Below, piece by piece: positions 1 to 9,338 of a stretch of DNA of 64,000 bases. Made by a program: the position numbers and the translations under genes. Every line of letters begins with the position of its first letter. Position 1 is the stretch's first letter. Origin of the DNA: Candidatus Latescibacterota bacterium (GTDB taxonomy: Bacteria > Latescibacterota > UBA2968 > GCA-2709665); assembly GCA_965208835.1 (NCBI GenBank), contig OZ242358.1:1984001-2048000 (forward strand), read 5' to 3'. The notes beneath the pieces were generated by a model. That model saw nothing but the letters and a program-made list of their open reading frames with translations, was not told the origin of the DNA and made no database searches.

Positions 1-2
1 AG

Positions 3-869
3 ATCTCGCATATTTCTTCCGTTGCCCGGCTGGCGGACGACGGCCGTCGGGCGGTCGATCATGCGCTCGAACAGGTCGACCGGGCGCGGGGCAGGGGGGT
101 GGACGTTCAATTCGACATGCACACGCGGCTCTTCGGGACAACCAACCTGAGCGCGGCGCTTCCGCTTCGGGCGCAGGAGGGAAGTTCGGAGGAAATCGCG
201 AGTCGGCTGCGCGTTCCATCCATTCGCCGCGAAATGGAAAACTGCGACAGTATCGTTGCCTCTCTGGCGCAGGGAGACTGGAGTCGGATCGTCGTCTTCC
301 ACTCGCCCATGCAGCCGGAGCATTGCGGAAAGAGCATTGCCGAACTTGCCGCCGCAGGAACCGGGAATGCCTTCGACGCCATCTGCGACATTCTGATTGC
401 GGCATCTGACCGGTTGCACGAGATTATGGTAATCGCATTCAGCTATCGCGAGACGGACGTCCGGGCGGCATTCGAACACCCGTTCTGTATGGTCGGCTCC
501 GACGCGACGGCGCTCGCGACGGACGGGCCGCTGAAGGACGACACGTTTCACGGCGCCTATACCTGGGCATCCTGGTTCTTCCGTCACTTCGTCCGGGACC
601 GGAAGCTGTTCACACCACAGGAAGCCGTGCGCAGGCTGACGTCTCTGCCGGCTTCCCGGCTGGGGTTGACGGACCGGGGCGTGATTCGAAGTGGGGCGCG
701 TGCGGACCTCGCGATTTTCGATCCGAGCGTGTTCGCCGAGCGGGGAACCACATTCGAGCCGAACCGGACCGCCGTGGGCATGCGTCACGTGCTCGTAAAC
801 GGCGGCATTGCGGTGAAAGACGGCGTCCGTTCGGACCACCGGTACGGCCGGGTGTTGCGGCGCACCTGA
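3..869 (+). CDS. N-acyl-D-amino-acid deacylase / amidohydrolase family, 5'-truncated by the window edge
   Basis: Frame is open from base 3 (ISHISSVARL...). Motifs MVGSD, EAVRRLTSLPASRLGLTDRG.I..G..ADL..FD and HVLVNG are typical of the D-aminoacylase C-terminus. Confidence 0.85.
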   Translation: MSHISSVARLADDGRRAVDHALEQVDRARGRGVDVQFDMHTRLFGTTNLSAALPLRAQEGSSEEIASRLRVPSIRREMENCDSIVASLAQGDWSRIVVFHSPMQPEHCGKSIAELAAAGTGNAFDAICDILIAASDRLHEIMVIAFSYRETDVRAAFEHPFCMVGSDATALATDGPLKDDTFHGAYTWASWFFRHFVRDRKLFTPQEAVRRLTSLPASRLGLTDRGVIRSGARADLAIFDPSVFAERGTTFEPNRTAVGMRHVLVNGGIAVKDGVRSDHRYGRVLRRT

Positions 870-917
870 TGTACTTTGCGTCTTTTCACTGCAGTTGTAC
901 GGGAAGTGAGGAATCCT

Positions 918-1919
918 ATGGTTCGAAACTCGATTTCAGGACGAATCCGCTGGACGTTCAGCGATGACAACCCGGTGATCGCCCCGGGTCAGCTGCACGC
1001 GGATATGGATAGCCGGCGCGCCGGCGCCGCCCACGTCCTGCAGCTTGGCGACCGGTACCGGATGTACTACTGGGGAACCGGAGCGAACGGGTTTCACCGT
1101 ATACTGATTGCAGAGAGTCCTGTAGACGAGCCCAACGACTGGCAGCCCGTGGGCGTCGCGCTCAGCCGGCAGCGGGACACGGGCTATAACGACGAGGGGC
1201 CGGGTTTTCCGTTTGTGGTTCCGAGGGACGACGGCCCATGGCTCCTGTATTTCTGCGGTTGGGGGAAGCCCAGGGAAGACGGCAAGCTGCCCAATACCAC
1301 GGGCGTGGCAGTCAGCGACGACGGCGGCTACCGTTTCCGCTGCCCGAAGCGGGAACCGATCCTGCCGCTGGACCGTGACTGGGACCGGGAGGGTACCGGA
1401 AGCGTATGTGTCTTGCGGGTCAACGACCGCTACCATATGTATTATACGTCTATCGGCGCCTATTTCGACCGGCCCGAAGGCGCCGTTACGGGCCACGGAG
1501 ACGTGATTCCCCGCATCGGCATTGCCTATGCGGCGTCGCCGGACGGGATCGTGTGGACAAAGCCGATGGATGACCTGATGGTCGGGCCAAGGGGATTCGA
1601 CACCGAACCCTACGAGTACATCTGTTCGAAGCCCTTCGTCTTGCGGGAACCCGGCGGCTACCGGATGTGGGTGAACACGTTCGGCACGGCCTATCGAATG
1701 AGGAGTCTGGTCGGTCCCGACCTCCGGAGCTGGCGCTGGTGCGACAGCGGGCCGGACGGGGAGTTGGGAGTGGGCAGGGCGGGCGCATTCGATGACAGAC
1801 AGCGGTGTTACGTGAGTATCGTCAAACATGGCGAGGAATACCGGTGCTGGTATACCGGGAACCGCTTTGGCGCTACCGGGATGGGTTACGCGGCGGGAAG
1901 GCTCGAGAGCGAGATTTAG
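918..1919 (+). CDS. five-bladed beta-propeller glycosidase-like protein (GH32/43/130-like)
   Basis: Repeated blade motifs (NPVIAPG, YRMYYWG, YHMYYTS, IGIAYAASPDGIVW, YRCWYTGN). ATG 918 follows GAGG. Confidence 0.7.
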   Translation: MVRNSISGRIRWTFSDDNPVIAPGQLHADMDSRRAGAAHVLQLGDRYRMYYWGTGANGFHRILIAESPVDEPNDWQPVGVALSRQRDTGYNDEGPGFPFVVPRDDGPWLLYFCGWGKPREDGKLPNTTGVAVSDDGGYRFRCPKREPILPLDRDWDREGTGSVCVLRVNDRYHMYYTSIGAYFDRPEGAVTGHGDVIPRIGIAYAASPDGIVWTKPMDDLMVGPRGFDTEPYEYICSKPFVLREPGGYRMWVNTFGTAYRMRSLVGPDLRSWRWCDSGPDGELGVGRAGAFDDRQRCYVSIVKHGEEYRCWYTGNRFGATGMGYAAGRLESEI

Positions 1920-2004
1920 CCGGCTGGTTCCGATGCGGATTCCACCTGCCGGTTCCGCGTGCGGTCAGCCAGTTGTAATTACGGGAAAATTGGGAGATCG
2001 ACCC

Positions 2005-2727
2005 ATGAAGCTGGACGAGTCGAAGTTGCGGCAGTACGAGTACGACGGATATACAACGGTGGAAGGCCTGATATCGACAGCCGAGGCGGCCGCGGTGCGG
2101 AACCGCCTTCTCGAGTTGATGGAAGGTCGGCACGACTGGCCCGACCTGCATTTTCAGGTTCTGGATCCCGGGAAATTCCGTAACAGAGAGGGTGGATTCG
2201 TGCCGGTCGGCGTCCAGAGGCCCGCGAGACAGGAGGCTGTCTTTCGGGAGATTGCGGACCACGACAATCTTCAGGGTGCGATGTCGCAACTTCTGGCCGG
2301 TCCGGTGAAGCGATTTACGGATCAGGCGCTCATCAAGCACCGCAAGATCGACGGGCATTCGTTCTATCACCAGGATTCCTACTACTGGAAGATCGAACCC
2401 GGACGGGGGTGCAATGCATGGATCGCGCTGGACGAAGTGGGCGTGGACGCCAGTGCGCTGGGAATTCTGCCCGGAACCCACAGGGATTGGACGCTGACGA
2501 CCCACGAACGTTACTACGACGAGCCGAACTTTCACGCTGCGCGGACGGGGGAAGCGTTCAGCCGCTGGCGGATTCCAACCGACGGTCTGGACCTGTCCGG
2601 CGAAGTCGTATTGCCCATGCAGCCTGGTGACGCCGCGTTCTTCTCGAATTATACGTGGCATCGGTCTGAGGTAAACCGTTCGGGCGAGCACAAGACGGCC
2701 TATGCGATCGCATATCAGTTGCGGTAA
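2005..2727 (+). CDS. phytanoyl-CoA dioxygenase (PhyH) family Fe(II)/2-oxoglutarate dioxygenase
   Basis: HQD..YW Fe motif, AWIALD, MQPGDAAFF...WHRS..N.S. GGAG RBS upstream. Confidence 0.88.
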   Translation: MKLDESKLRQYEYDGYTTVEGLISTAEAAAVRNRLLELMEGRHDWPDLHFQVLDPGKFRNREGGFVPVGVQRPARQEAVFREIADHDNLQGAMSQLLAGPVKRFTDQALIKHRKIDGHSFYHQDSYYWKIEPGRGCNAWIALDEVGVDASALGILPGTHRDWTLTTHERYYDEPNFHAARTGEAFSRWRIPTDGLDLSGEVVLPMQPGDAAFFSNYTWHRSEVNRSGEHKTAYAIAYQLR

Positions 2728-2817
2728 CGGCCGAAGACGGCGACGGTCTGAGCGTGGACGCTGGTGCAGGCAGGAGACAGGTTTACATCCGTCACAGTTG
2801 ATGGGGAGATGTTCTGC

Positions 2818-4266
2818 ATGGTAAGGAGAAAGGAGCGTGCGCCGACCTCTCGCGTGCGCTTTGGCTTTTCGCGTGTGGATATTACGCCGCCGGTGGGGAT
2901 CTACCATCGCATGTGGGGCGCGGCCAGGCACGACAGGGCCACGGGCGTTCACCGTCCGATTCTGGGCGACGTGCTGGTTTTCGGGTCGGTGGACGCACCG
3001 GGAGAAATTCGGCTGGTTCGCGCGCATCTGGACCTGGTCGGCCTTGTCGCCCGGCAGTATACGGCGCTGGTGACGTCGCTCGGCGACGCCGCGGGCGTGG
3101 GTCCGGAACGGGTGGAGGTGACGTTCTCCCACACCCACGCTTCCGGATGGTACGCGCCGGATCGATTCGTCATGCCCGGAGGCGAGCTGATCGAGCCGTT
3201 TCTGAAAGAGGTGGGAAATAAGCTGGCGAAGGCTTGCGGGGAGGCGATATCGGGGATGGGGGAGGCGTTGGTCACCTTTGCCTCCGGTCATTGCAACATG
3301 GCGGCGGACAGGGACTATCGGGATGACGCGTTCGGAGGTTTCGTCTGCGGATACAATCCGGAGGGTGACGGGGACGATACCCTGCTGGTGGGCCGGCTGT
3401 GCGACGGAGACGGCAGGGCCGTGGCGACGGTGGTGAACTATGCGTGCCACCCGACCACGCTTGCATGGGAGAATACCCTGATCAGCCCGGACTACGTGGG
3501 TGCGATGCGGGGCGAAGTCGAGGGGGTTACCGGGGCGCCCTGCACGTTCGCGCTGGCGCCCTGCGGAGACCTGGGTCCGAAAGACGGATTCGTGGGGGAT
3601 CTCGACGTCGCGGAGAAGAACGGACGCCAGCTCGGGTTTGCAGCGCTTTCCGTTCTGATGTCGATGGGGCCGCCGGGCACGGACTTCGAATACCGGGGCC
3701 CCGTCATCTCGGGCGCCACCATCGGCACGTGGGCGCACGCGGCATTCGGCAGGTATCGTCTGCGTGAGGTCTCCGTTTTTGCCGGAGGTGTGTATTCCGT
3801 GGATCTGCCGATGAAAAAACGCCAGGACCCTGAAACGCTCCAGGATGAGCTGGCGCGGTGGTCGGAAGCCGAACGGGCGGCCGATTCCGCCGGAGACGCC
3901 GTGGAGGCGCGAACCTGCGGCGCAAGGGCGGAGCGGGCCAGGAGATGGCTGGCGCGGATTGCGAACCTGCCGCCGGGCGAGACGTACCCGTATCGATTCT
4001 CCGTATACCGGATGGGAGATGCCATCTGGGTGACCTGCGGCGGGGAACCCTACAGCGATCTCCAGGTGGCGCTGCGCCGGCGGTTTCCAGGGTTCGCGAT
4101 TCTGGTTTCTCCTCTGGCGGGCAACGTGCAGGTCGCTTACCTGCTGCGGAAAGACGCGTACGGCAAGGGACTCTACCAGGAGGAGCCGTCGAGTCTCGCG
4201 CCCGGCTGTCTGGAGATCCTGACCGGAGCGATCGCGGAACGAATTGAAGAGATCACCGCCGAATAG
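2818..4266 (+). CDS. neutral/alkaline ceramidase N-terminal-like hydrolase
   Basis: Motifs RVDITPP, FSHTHA, VVNYACHPT, ISPDYVG, GGEPY. Start could also be 2809. Confidence 0.7.
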   Translation: MVRRKERAPTSRVRFGFSRVDITPPVGIYHRMWGAARHDRATGVHRPILGDVLVFGSVDAPGEIRLVRAHLDLVGLVARQYTALVTSLGDAAGVGPERVEVTFSHTHASGWYAPDRFVMPGGELIEPFLKEVGNKLAKACGEAISGMGEALVTFASGHCNMAADRDYRDDAFGGFVCGYNPEGDGDDTLLVGRLCDGDGRAVATVVNYACHPTTLAWENTLISPDYVGAMRGEVEGVTGAPCTFALAPCGDLGPKDGFVGDLDVAEKNGRQLGFAALSVLMSMGPPGTDFEYRGPVISGATIGTWAHAAFGRYRLREVSVFAGGVYSVDLPMKKRQDPETLQDELARWSEAERAADSAGDAVEARTCGARAERARRWLARIANLPPGETYPYRFSVYRMGDAIWVTCGGEPYSDLQVALRRRFPGFAILVSPLAGNVQVAYLLRKDAYGKGLYQEEPSSLAPGCLEILTGAIAERIEEITAE

Positions 4267-4288
4267 ATTCCAGGACGAGGGAGTGAAA

Positions 4289-5179
4289 ATGGCCGAGTTC
4301 GCATATCGTCCGGCTGCCGACACCTATCGTTTCGAAACCGAGGCGATGACCGGCGAAATCCGCGCGTCCGGAGACTATCACGGGGTGTGGACGCTTACAG
4401 ACAAAGTCACCGGGAGGCAGGTGATCCATCCGAAATATTCCGCGTTGAACCTGTTCCGGTTGTTCGCGGTTCACCAGGGTCTGGATCAACCGCGTCTGAT
4501 GGACCGGACCATCGACGTCCGGGACAACGCCATTGAAATACACTGGCCCGTTACCGAAACGCATCAGGGCGCGCTGACCGCCCGCTACGAGGTGGTAGAG
4601 CCGAATTGTATCGACTTGACGATACGGGTAGCATGCGAAGGGACCTATGCCGGATATGAGCTCTTCCTTTCGAATTATTTCGACAAGAGCCTGCGGCCTC
4701 ACGTCTATCTGCACGGAAGCCGGTACGGCCGGGCGAGCGAGGCCCCTGAGCTGGTTGTTCCCATGGTGAATGACGTCTTTCGCGGGACCGTCATCGTGTT
4801 TCCGAGGGACCCGCACGCCGCGAGGCGCTGCGTCGACGGACGGTGGAACCGCAGTGAGAGCAACTCGCCTACCGTGCAGATGTGCCCGGTCCGGTACTAC
4901 GGCTATCCGTTCTCGTTCCTGACTGACGCAGGGAGTCGGTTGGGCGTTGTGTTGATGTCGACGGAGGCGGACTGCTATGCCATCAGTACCCGGTATCACG
5001 TGGTCGACGAAGCCGATCGAATGACGGATTACAGCGCGTTCGATTTCTCGCTGTTCGGCGACGATCTGGTGCCGGGCAGCAGTCGCACGGTCCGGATGCG
5101 GCTGGTGTTGACGGAGGTCGATGAGGCCCTGTCCCAGCCCCTGACGTACTATCGGGCGTTTGCGGAAGACGGACGGTGA
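4289..5179 (+). CDS. hypothetical protein, possibly beta-sandwich / mutarotase-like
   Basis: ORF with GGAG RBS, co-oriented in the operon, beta-rich; family not recognised. Confidence 0.6.
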   Translation: MAEFAYRPAADTYRFETEAMTGEIRASGDYHGVWTLTDKVTGRQVIHPKYSALNLFRLFAVHQGLDQPRLMDRTIDVRDNAIEIHWPVTETHQGALTARYEVVEPNCIDLTIRVACEGTYAGYELFLSNYFDKSLRPHVYLHGSRYGRASEAPELVVPMVNDVFRGTVIVFPRDPHAARRCVDGRWNRSESNSPTVQMCPVRYYGYPFSFLTDAGSRLGVVLMSTEADCYAISTRYHVVDEADRMTDYSAFDFSLFGDDLVPGSSRTVRMRLVLTEVDEALSQPLTYYRAFAEDGR

Positions 5180-5305
5180 CCGACTGAACGATCGTCCATG
5201 GACGGTTAACCGCGAGGTTCAGGGATTGCGCTGTGTTGCGGGATTCCGGCAACTGAAACAACTTCAGGGTTGAATCGCGGCTGGCTTATTCCTATTTTTT
5301 CAAAG

Positions 5306-6499
5306 ATGAAATTACTGAAACGGCTAAGAGTTCGGCTCGCGTTCGTGGTCTGGGCGTCAGTGGCCGTGGCGGCCTGCGGGAAGACGCCACCCACCGTGGA
5401 CGATGATCTCTACGAAGCGTATCCCGGGTTGCCCTATGGAATCATGATCACCATCGCCGGCACCGGAGATCCGGGGAGGAGTGCCTCCGGATCGGGTCCT
5501 CTCGACTCGGAATTATATTTCCCTCAGGATATGGCCGTCGGCCCCGACGGCCGGACGTACATTCTGGACTGGAACAACAATCGGGTTGTCGTGATCGACA
5601 ACGGAACCTTGCGCCCTCTGATCGGCAACGGCGAACCGGGCGCGGCGCCTGCGGGTCCCGCGCTCGAGGTAGGCGTTGATCATCCGGCTAATATTTCGTT
5701 CGATCCGCAGGGGCGGTTGATCCTGTCGGCCTGGCAGAACTCAAGGATCATGCGATACGACGCTACCTCGCGCCGCGTCGAACCCATCGCCGGCCGGGGC
5801 GATCGCGGGTTCAGGGGCGATGGCGGCCCCGCTCTGGATGCCTCGCTGAATCTGCCGAGCTCCACGGCCTTCGATCCGTCCGGCCGCATGTATATCTCCG
5901 ATCAGGGAAACCTCCGCATTCGAAGGGTTGATCTGAACGGTATCATCTCTACCGTTGCGGGCACCGGACGGGAGGGGTTTTCCGGGGACGGCGGTCCTGC
6001 GACCCTGGCCGATCTGTATGCGCCCACGGGTGACGCCGCGCAGCCTGCCGGCCGGATCACGATGGATGGCCGGGGCAACCTTTATATCGCCGATACGTTC
6101 AACAACCGGATACGCATGGTGGATACCAGCGGCAGGATCAGCACCGTGGCCGGCGGCGGCAGTATTGGCGCGACCGCCGGTACGTACTCCGGAGACGGCG
6201 GGCCGGCAACCCAGGCCAGCCTTTCGCGCCCGAGCGACGTGGCCGTCGACGCGGAGGGCAACCTGTATATTGCTGACACAGGCAACCATTGTATCCGGAA
6301 GGTGGATACGGAGGGGACAATCACCACGCTTGCCGGACGGTGCGGCGAGCCGGGTTTCAAGGGCGATAGCGACCATCCCCGATGGGGAAAACTCAGGAGT
6401 CCGTTCGGAGTCGCGCTCGACCGGGAAGAAAATCTGTACATCGCGGATACGTTCAATCATCGGATCCGCCTGGTGTACAAGCATATCGCCGAACGATGA
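5306..6499 (+). CDS. NHL-repeat (teneurin-like) lipoprotein
   Basis: Lipobox VAAC after a basic/hydrophobic N-terminus. Multiple GDGGPA..A.L..P and GNLYIADT.N.RIR repeats. Confidence 0.88.
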   Translation: MKLLKRLRVRLAFVVWASVAVAACGKTPPTVDDDLYEAYPGLPYGIMITIAGTGDPGRSASGSGPLDSELYFPQDMAVGPDGRTYILDWNNNRVVVIDNGTLRPLIGNGEPGAAPAGPALEVGVDHPANISFDPQGRLILSAWQNSRIMRYDATSRRVEPIAGRGDRGFRGDGGPALDASLNLPSSTAFDPSGRMYISDQGNLRIRRVDLNGIISTVAGTGREGFSGDGGPATLADLYAPTGDAAQPAGRITMDGRGNLYIADTFNNRIRMVDTSGRISTVAGGGSIGATAGTYSGDGGPATQASLSRPSDVAVDAEGNLYIADTGNHCIRKVDTEGTITTLAGRCGEPGFKGDSDHPRWGKLRSPFGVALDREENLYIADTFNHRIRLVYKHIAER

Positions 6500-6564
6500 T
6501 CTCCTGGCTGTTAGGCGGGAGACCTGGTGTTCGGGATTCAATACCGTTTCTCGAGGGTTCGTCT

Positions 6565-7068
6565 ATGTGTGGAACGAATCTGCTGCGTATCGCCGGCATC
6601 GTGCTGGGTGCGGGTCTGATCTGTTGTTTTGCCGACGTCGCGGCAGCCGGAGGCGATAAACCGGGTACCGTGCCGCGTGTGCAGGTTGTCACGCTCGAAG
6701 GTGATACGCTGAATCTTGCCGACGTCTGCGAAGGCAAGCCATCCTTCGTCTATTTGTGGGCAACCTGGTGCAAGTCCTGCAAGAAGGACCTGAAAAACGT
6801 CTTCAAGTTGAGGAAGAAATTCGGCGACAGGGTCCAGGTCTTCGGCATTGCCTGGAAGAACAGCGCGGAGGAAATTCAGACCTTCTTCGCGGACAGGAAG
6901 GAAACGCTGCACAGCTACATTGATTCGGATGGCCGGGTGTTCGAAGCCTTCGAGACGCGTTTGACGCCCACGGTTGTCATTGTCAATGCGCGGGGCGAGG
7001 TCCTTTTTTCCGGTTACCGTTCTTTTAGGACATACAGGAAAATTCTGGAAAAGTCATTGAAGGGTTAG
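6565..7068 (+). CDS. TlpA-family thioredoxin-like thiol-disulfide oxidoreductase, exported
   Basis: WATWCKSC CxxC motif, cis-Pro loop LTPT, N-terminal signal segment. Confidence 0.85.
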   Translation: MCGTNLLRIAGIVLGAGLICCFADVAAAGGDKPGTVPRVQVVTLEGDTLNLADVCEGKPSFVYLWATWCKSCKKDLKNVFKLRKKFGDRVQVFGIAWKNSAEEIQTFFADRKETLHSYIDSDGRVFEAFETRLTPTVVIVNARGEVLFSGYRSFRTYRKILEKSLKG

Positions 7069-7285
7069 CCTCGATTCGCAATTGTTCGGGGACCTGAATG
7101 TCGAATGTATACAGAAGAACAAAGGCGAATTGACGTCAGGGGTCCCGGATACTTCAGGTCACTGGACGTGAGGGGAATTTTCATCCATTTGAACGACCTC
7201 AATACCCCGTTTTCACACGGCACCTTCTGTGCCTTTTGCGCTTTTTGTGGTAAATTGACTGTTGTCTTTTTTCGAACTGAGGTTA
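7066..7285. mobile_element. MITE-like element family A, copy 1
   Basis: Ends TAGCCTCGATTCG...CGAACTGAGGTTA form an imperfect TIR. Similar to 12656-12852, 22468-22687 and 46832-47090. Starts at the TAG of the TlpA gene. Confidence 0.7.
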
Positions 7286-7318
7286 GCTGCAAATAACGTC
7301 GCTGGAGGATCCACGACC

Positions 7319-8293
7319 ATGAGACGCGCGTTACCGGTTTTCCCGCTGATTCTGTTCGCCCAACTGATTCTCACGGACCAGCTCGTACTGGCGCAGCCGG
7401 GCGTGAGTTGACGCCGCCCCGTGCTCCCGGGCGGGAGAATGCTGCAGGGCAGTCTGATTTCGAAGGACCTTCTGGTTCTGAGCATGAATTACGAATACGA
7501 GTATCTGGGCGATGCGAAGTTCGGTACCGGACCGATACCCAACATCAACCAGGAAGTGACCAGTATGTCAACGGTATCCGTATTCGCAAGTTACGGGGTT
7601 ACGGAATGGTTCGGCGCCGCCGTGGTGCTTCCGTTTCGTTCCATAACCAACGATAAAATTCTCCTTCCAGGTCAGTACGACAACCAGTATCTGGGCGGCG
7701 AGTACGTCCGGCACGCCGCCGGTCTCGGCGACGTCGTTCTGATGTTGAACTTTGCGCCGCCTCTGCCGGAAGCGTTGCCCGGGCTTCTTTTTTCGGCAGG
7801 CGTCAAGCTCGCGAACGGGTCGACCCACGCGGTCGATGAGTACGGCGAGCGGTTCGCCGATCTGCTGCAGGTGGGTTCCGGCAGCATGGACCCCATTCTC
7901 TCTGTAAGTCTTTCACGCTCGTTCGACAATCTGTTCTTCTCCGGTATGCTATTCACCCGCATTATTTCCCGCGAGAATGTATACGGATACAAATATGGAA
8001 ACGAGTTTCAAGGCATCTTTTCCATGGATTATCACCACGGGGACAAGCTCATTGCGGGTCTCGGCCTGAACCACGTTCACACGGCCCGCGATTTTTTCCA
8101 ATATGGAAAGATCGCCCGAAAACGTGGGGGCACCTGGGTTTATCTTGCGCCGAAGCTGGGCGTACGGGCGATGGAGAATCTGAGCCTGGAAGCGAGATTG
8201 CCACTTCCTGTTTACCAGAATGTGAATGAGAGCCAGCTGACTTCCAATTATCAGCTCCACGTTGGCGCCACGTATCACTTTTTCGCCCGGTAG
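7319..8293 (+). CDS. outer-membrane beta-barrel transporter (phenol-degradation MetA-like family), candidate selenoprotein with in-frame TGA at 7409-7411
   Basis: GGAGG RBS and ATG 7319 give signal peptide MRRALPVFPLILFAQLILTDQLVLA-QPGVS*RRPVLPGG, in frame with ORF 7421-8293. Barrel motifs GLGD, QVGSGS.D, GGTWVYLAP, LPVYQNVN and an aromatic C-terminus. Confidence 0.75.
7412..7450 (+). promoter_or_regulatory. putative bacterial SECIS hairpin
   Basis: CTCCC-GGGC-GGGAG stem-loop (7424-7437). The G-rich apical loop begins 18 nt after the TGA. Outer GCCC/GGGC pairing is possible. Confidence 0.55.
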
Positions 8294-8343
8294 CAGCGGG
8301 AACGGCTGCACCGCGTGATATCGTCAAATTGCGGGAGGCCGAG

Positions 8344-9075
8344 TTGCCGCTGAATGAAACCGAGAAGATGTGGGCCGAGCTGGCGCCGTTTTACGACGTC
8401 ATGTATCAGTGGAAGGACTATCGGGCCGAGTCGGAGCGGGTTCATCAGTTGATCCGTTCACATTGTGTGTCGCACGGTAACACACTGCTGGACGTCGCGT
8501 GCGGGACCGGGGGGCATACCCGATATCTGCGGGACCACTACGATATCACCGGCATGGATCTGAATCGGGAAATGTTGAAGGTAGCCCGCAGAAAAATACC
8601 CGGTGTCACATTTCTGTCCCGGGACATGACGTCCTTCAATCTCAAGCGTCGCTTTGACGCGGTCATCTGTCTGTTCAGTTCAATCGCCTACGTCAGGACG
8701 TACCGGAACCTGAAACGGACGATCGCCTGTTTTGCAAGACATCTGAAACCCGGCGGCACTCTGATTATCGAGCCCTTTTTCACGAAAGAGACGTTCGTTG
8801 CAGGATCGATTCACGGAGGCACGCTTGAAGCCGACGGCGTAAAAATCTCCAGGCACAACGTGAGTCGCCGCCGCGGAAACCTTGCCGTCCTCGATTTTCA
8901 TATTCTCCTCTCTACGAAAAAAGGCACCCGGTATTTCCGCGACACCCACGAGATGGCCTTGTTCGACAGGGAGAGATTTCTCGAGATTATGGCGCATGCG
9001 GGTCTGCGGCCGAGGTACAAGGAGAGCGGTCTGATGCCGGGCCGCGGACTCTACGTCTCGCTGAAGGCCGTTTGA
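8344..9075 (+). CDS. class I SAM-dependent methyltransferase
   Basis: LLDVACGTG motif I, FDAVICLFSS, HLKPGG. TTG start after GGAGG (alternative ATG 8368). Confidence 0.88.
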   Translation: MPLNETEKMWAELAPFYDVMYQWKDYRAESERVHQLIRSHCVSHGNTLLDVACGTGGHTRYLRDHYDITGMDLNREMLKVARRKIPGVTFLSRDMTSFNLKRRFDAVICLFSSIAYVRTYRNLKRTIACFARHLKPGGTLIIEPFFTKETFVAGSIHGGTLEADGVKISRHNVSRRRGNLAVLDFHILLSTKKGTRYFRDTHEMALFDRERFLEIMAHAGLRPRYKESGLMPGRGLYVSLKAV

Positions 9076-9338
9076 ACCTCCGGTTCAGGCGCTGATTGCC
9101 CGGAATCGCCTATCGATGTCGATCCATATCCCAACTCGATGATCCTGTATTGACCCGCGGATCCGCCCCGTCCCCATTCGCCCCCGTACCGTTTCCTCCT
9201 TTGAGATCCCGCGTCTTTTCCGTATTATCTGGCGAAATCCCATCCATAATGAATGCGAATCACAGGAACGCCTGCCAGTCGGAGCGCCGCCCCGGGTGAA
9301 GGGGACATTTCCGTGTGCCAAATCAGGAGTGAAACGTA

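Noticed and set aside
1873-4323. 816-aa minus-strand ORF, and similar long antisense ORFs (9225-10787, 19668-21368, 22749-24395, 50858-52813)
   Set aside because: These are shadow ORFs opposite well-supported genes in high-GC DNA, with no recognisable motifs.
5207-5283. Short imperfect inverted repeat AACCGCGAGGTTCA...TGAATCGCGGCT
   Set aside because: Single copy in the window with weak pairing; not enough to call an element.
6565-7068. Sec in TlpA or other redox proteins (rhodanese, CMD)
   Set aside because: Their Cys motifs are encoded by ordinary Cys codons within uninterrupted ORFs.
9076-9338. Possible riboswitch (ZTP, guanidine or THF) upstream of mgsC
   Set aside because: I could not match the conserved cores by eye; an Rfam/Infernal scan is needed.
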